Assembly: GCF_036321535.1 (NCBI RefSeq)
Contig: NC_087437.1
Coordinates: 51,896,001-51,960,000, forward strand
Reading direction: 5' to 3'
From: Camelus dromedarius
Lineage: Eukaryota
Length of the DNA stretch: 64,000 bases
The notes under the pieces were generated by a model. The model was given only the letters and a program-made list of their open reading frames with translations, was not told the DNA's origin and searched no databases. The translations under genes and the position numbers were made by a program. This document shows positions 62,595 to 64,000 of this stretch, piece by piece (the stretch's first letter is position 1; the number at the start of each line of letters is the position of its first letter).

Positions 62595-64000
62595 GTAAAT
62601 TTTCTAACTGCTTTCCTTATTTTAAATTTAAATATTTTGGAGGGGTTTTATAATGTCTTTTAATCACAGTTTATATAGTAAACTTAATTTTCTTGGAAAA
62701 AGTTAGAGAAATTTGAAAAGTAGGAGTCAGTATTTTTATAGTTAAAAATTACTTAGCTTTATTTTGTTGCTCATTGCAAGTTTATTTTCTTCTTTATGAA
62801 TTTATAAGCTATCATGTCATATTATATCTTCTGATTCTCGGCAGACCTAGACACAAACAATGTAAAGTTGAAAGGGGCGAGGATTGTCATTTTGTCTGCC
62901 TCCAGTTTGTGGTGGTGGTACTTTTTTATTCTAAATTGTAACTGAATAGTAGCTATTGGAAAAGATCTTCAGAGAAAGAGACTCCCAGGCTTTCTCAGTA
63001 ACTTTCAGTGTCTGTTACTGACAGTAATTTTTTTTCATTTACATTGTAAACCCCTCTAAATTGAAAAATCTTTAGCCAACAATCACATTCTTATTTTTGT
63101 TTGAGAAGTGAACTTAGCTAGTTTTATTTGTATAGAATGTGATAGTCCTGTGTATATTTTCTCATTTTTTCCTACCTGAGACTAACTCTAGTTTTATTAA
63201 TCTTTCTTTGCTTTTGCATTCAATACTATGAGCAGAACATTTTGTTCTGTTTTTTTTTTTTTGTTTAAAAACTACTAGATAATACTTTCTCTGTCATTTT
63301 TAGTGTCCTCTTATGGATCCTAAGCCTTTTGCAACTCTGTTAAATGGAACTCCTGATGACACTGCATTTTAGTAAGGAATCCATAGGATATTGTGTAAGG
63401 ATTGCTTGGGAACACTTAAAAGCAGAACCACAATTTGATCTCTGTGGGCCTTGCATCTTTATCATATGAGTTAATAACTAGTTATTTTCCCTTGTTTTTG
63501 AACAATTTGACTTCCTATTTATAAATTTTCCATTATGCCAAAAGCCTTATTTACAATGTGATTTTAACACCTAGTCTTTTCAAAGGTGATTGACTTAAAA
63601 AAGTTTTATTGTCTGGGGATGAGAAAAATGGAAACAAAAATATGATTCTCTTGAGAGAACTTTAGAATTGATTCTTTAAATAATAGTTTTTTTTCTTATT
63701 CCATAATATGTGTTCATAATAGAAAATTTAGATAAGTGAAAGGTTGAAGATATACCAAATTCTACTATCTAGAAATAATCCCTGACATTTTTGTATGGGC
63801 TTTTAATCTTTTTTTATGTACATGTGTACATATATGTGTACACCCTCAAATGGGGTTGTGTTAATTTGTAACCTATTTTTTCATTATAATGAACATCTTT
63901 CCATGTAATAATGTATTCATCTGAAACATCATTTTTAATGGTCACATAGTATTTTTAAAATGGACTCACCATAATTTACTTAATCACTTCCTACTATAAG

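Noticed and set aside
1..64000. Window-wide enrichment of the octamer ATTTGCAT
   Set aside because: Several copies lie inside L1 or MIR, and the total is near expectation for an AT-rich 8-mer. Only the copies in suggestive contexts were kept.
1..64000. CRISPR arrays, operons or other prokaryotic systems
   Set aside because: The sequence is intron- and retroposon-rich mammalian DNA with no regularly spaced direct-repeat array.

Overview
Mammalian genomic DNA, most likely a camelid (alpaca or camel), judged from the lineage-type tRNA-derived SINE with its GGTAATTAGGTTT tail and the young L1 3' ends. The species call is from recall, not a search. About 1-40 kb is intergenic and relatively GC-rich, with no credible protein-coding ORF. 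It carries MIR, L2, L1, LTR and hAT repeats plus several repeat-free, motif-dense blocks that look like enhancers. A CpG-island promoter at about 40.27-40.9 kb starts VPS8, the CORVET-specific tethering subunit, on the + strand. I can trace a non-coding exon 1 and six coding exons (49772-62594, 535 nt, about 178 codons), all with GT-AG junctions and consistent phases; the gene continues past the window end. The best second-look signals are four strong CTCF-like motifs all on the minus strand, a CLEAR/E-box inside a G4-capable promoter tract, a minimal uORF, a candidate 5'UTR cassette exon, an overlapping dileucine/clathrin-box motif in the VPS8 N-terminus, a twin-primed inverted L1 and nested transposons. 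I found no evidence of a genuinely new biological system; the findings are regulatory or evolutionary hypotheses. Repeat subfamily names are from memory and need RepeatMasker/Dfam confirmation.
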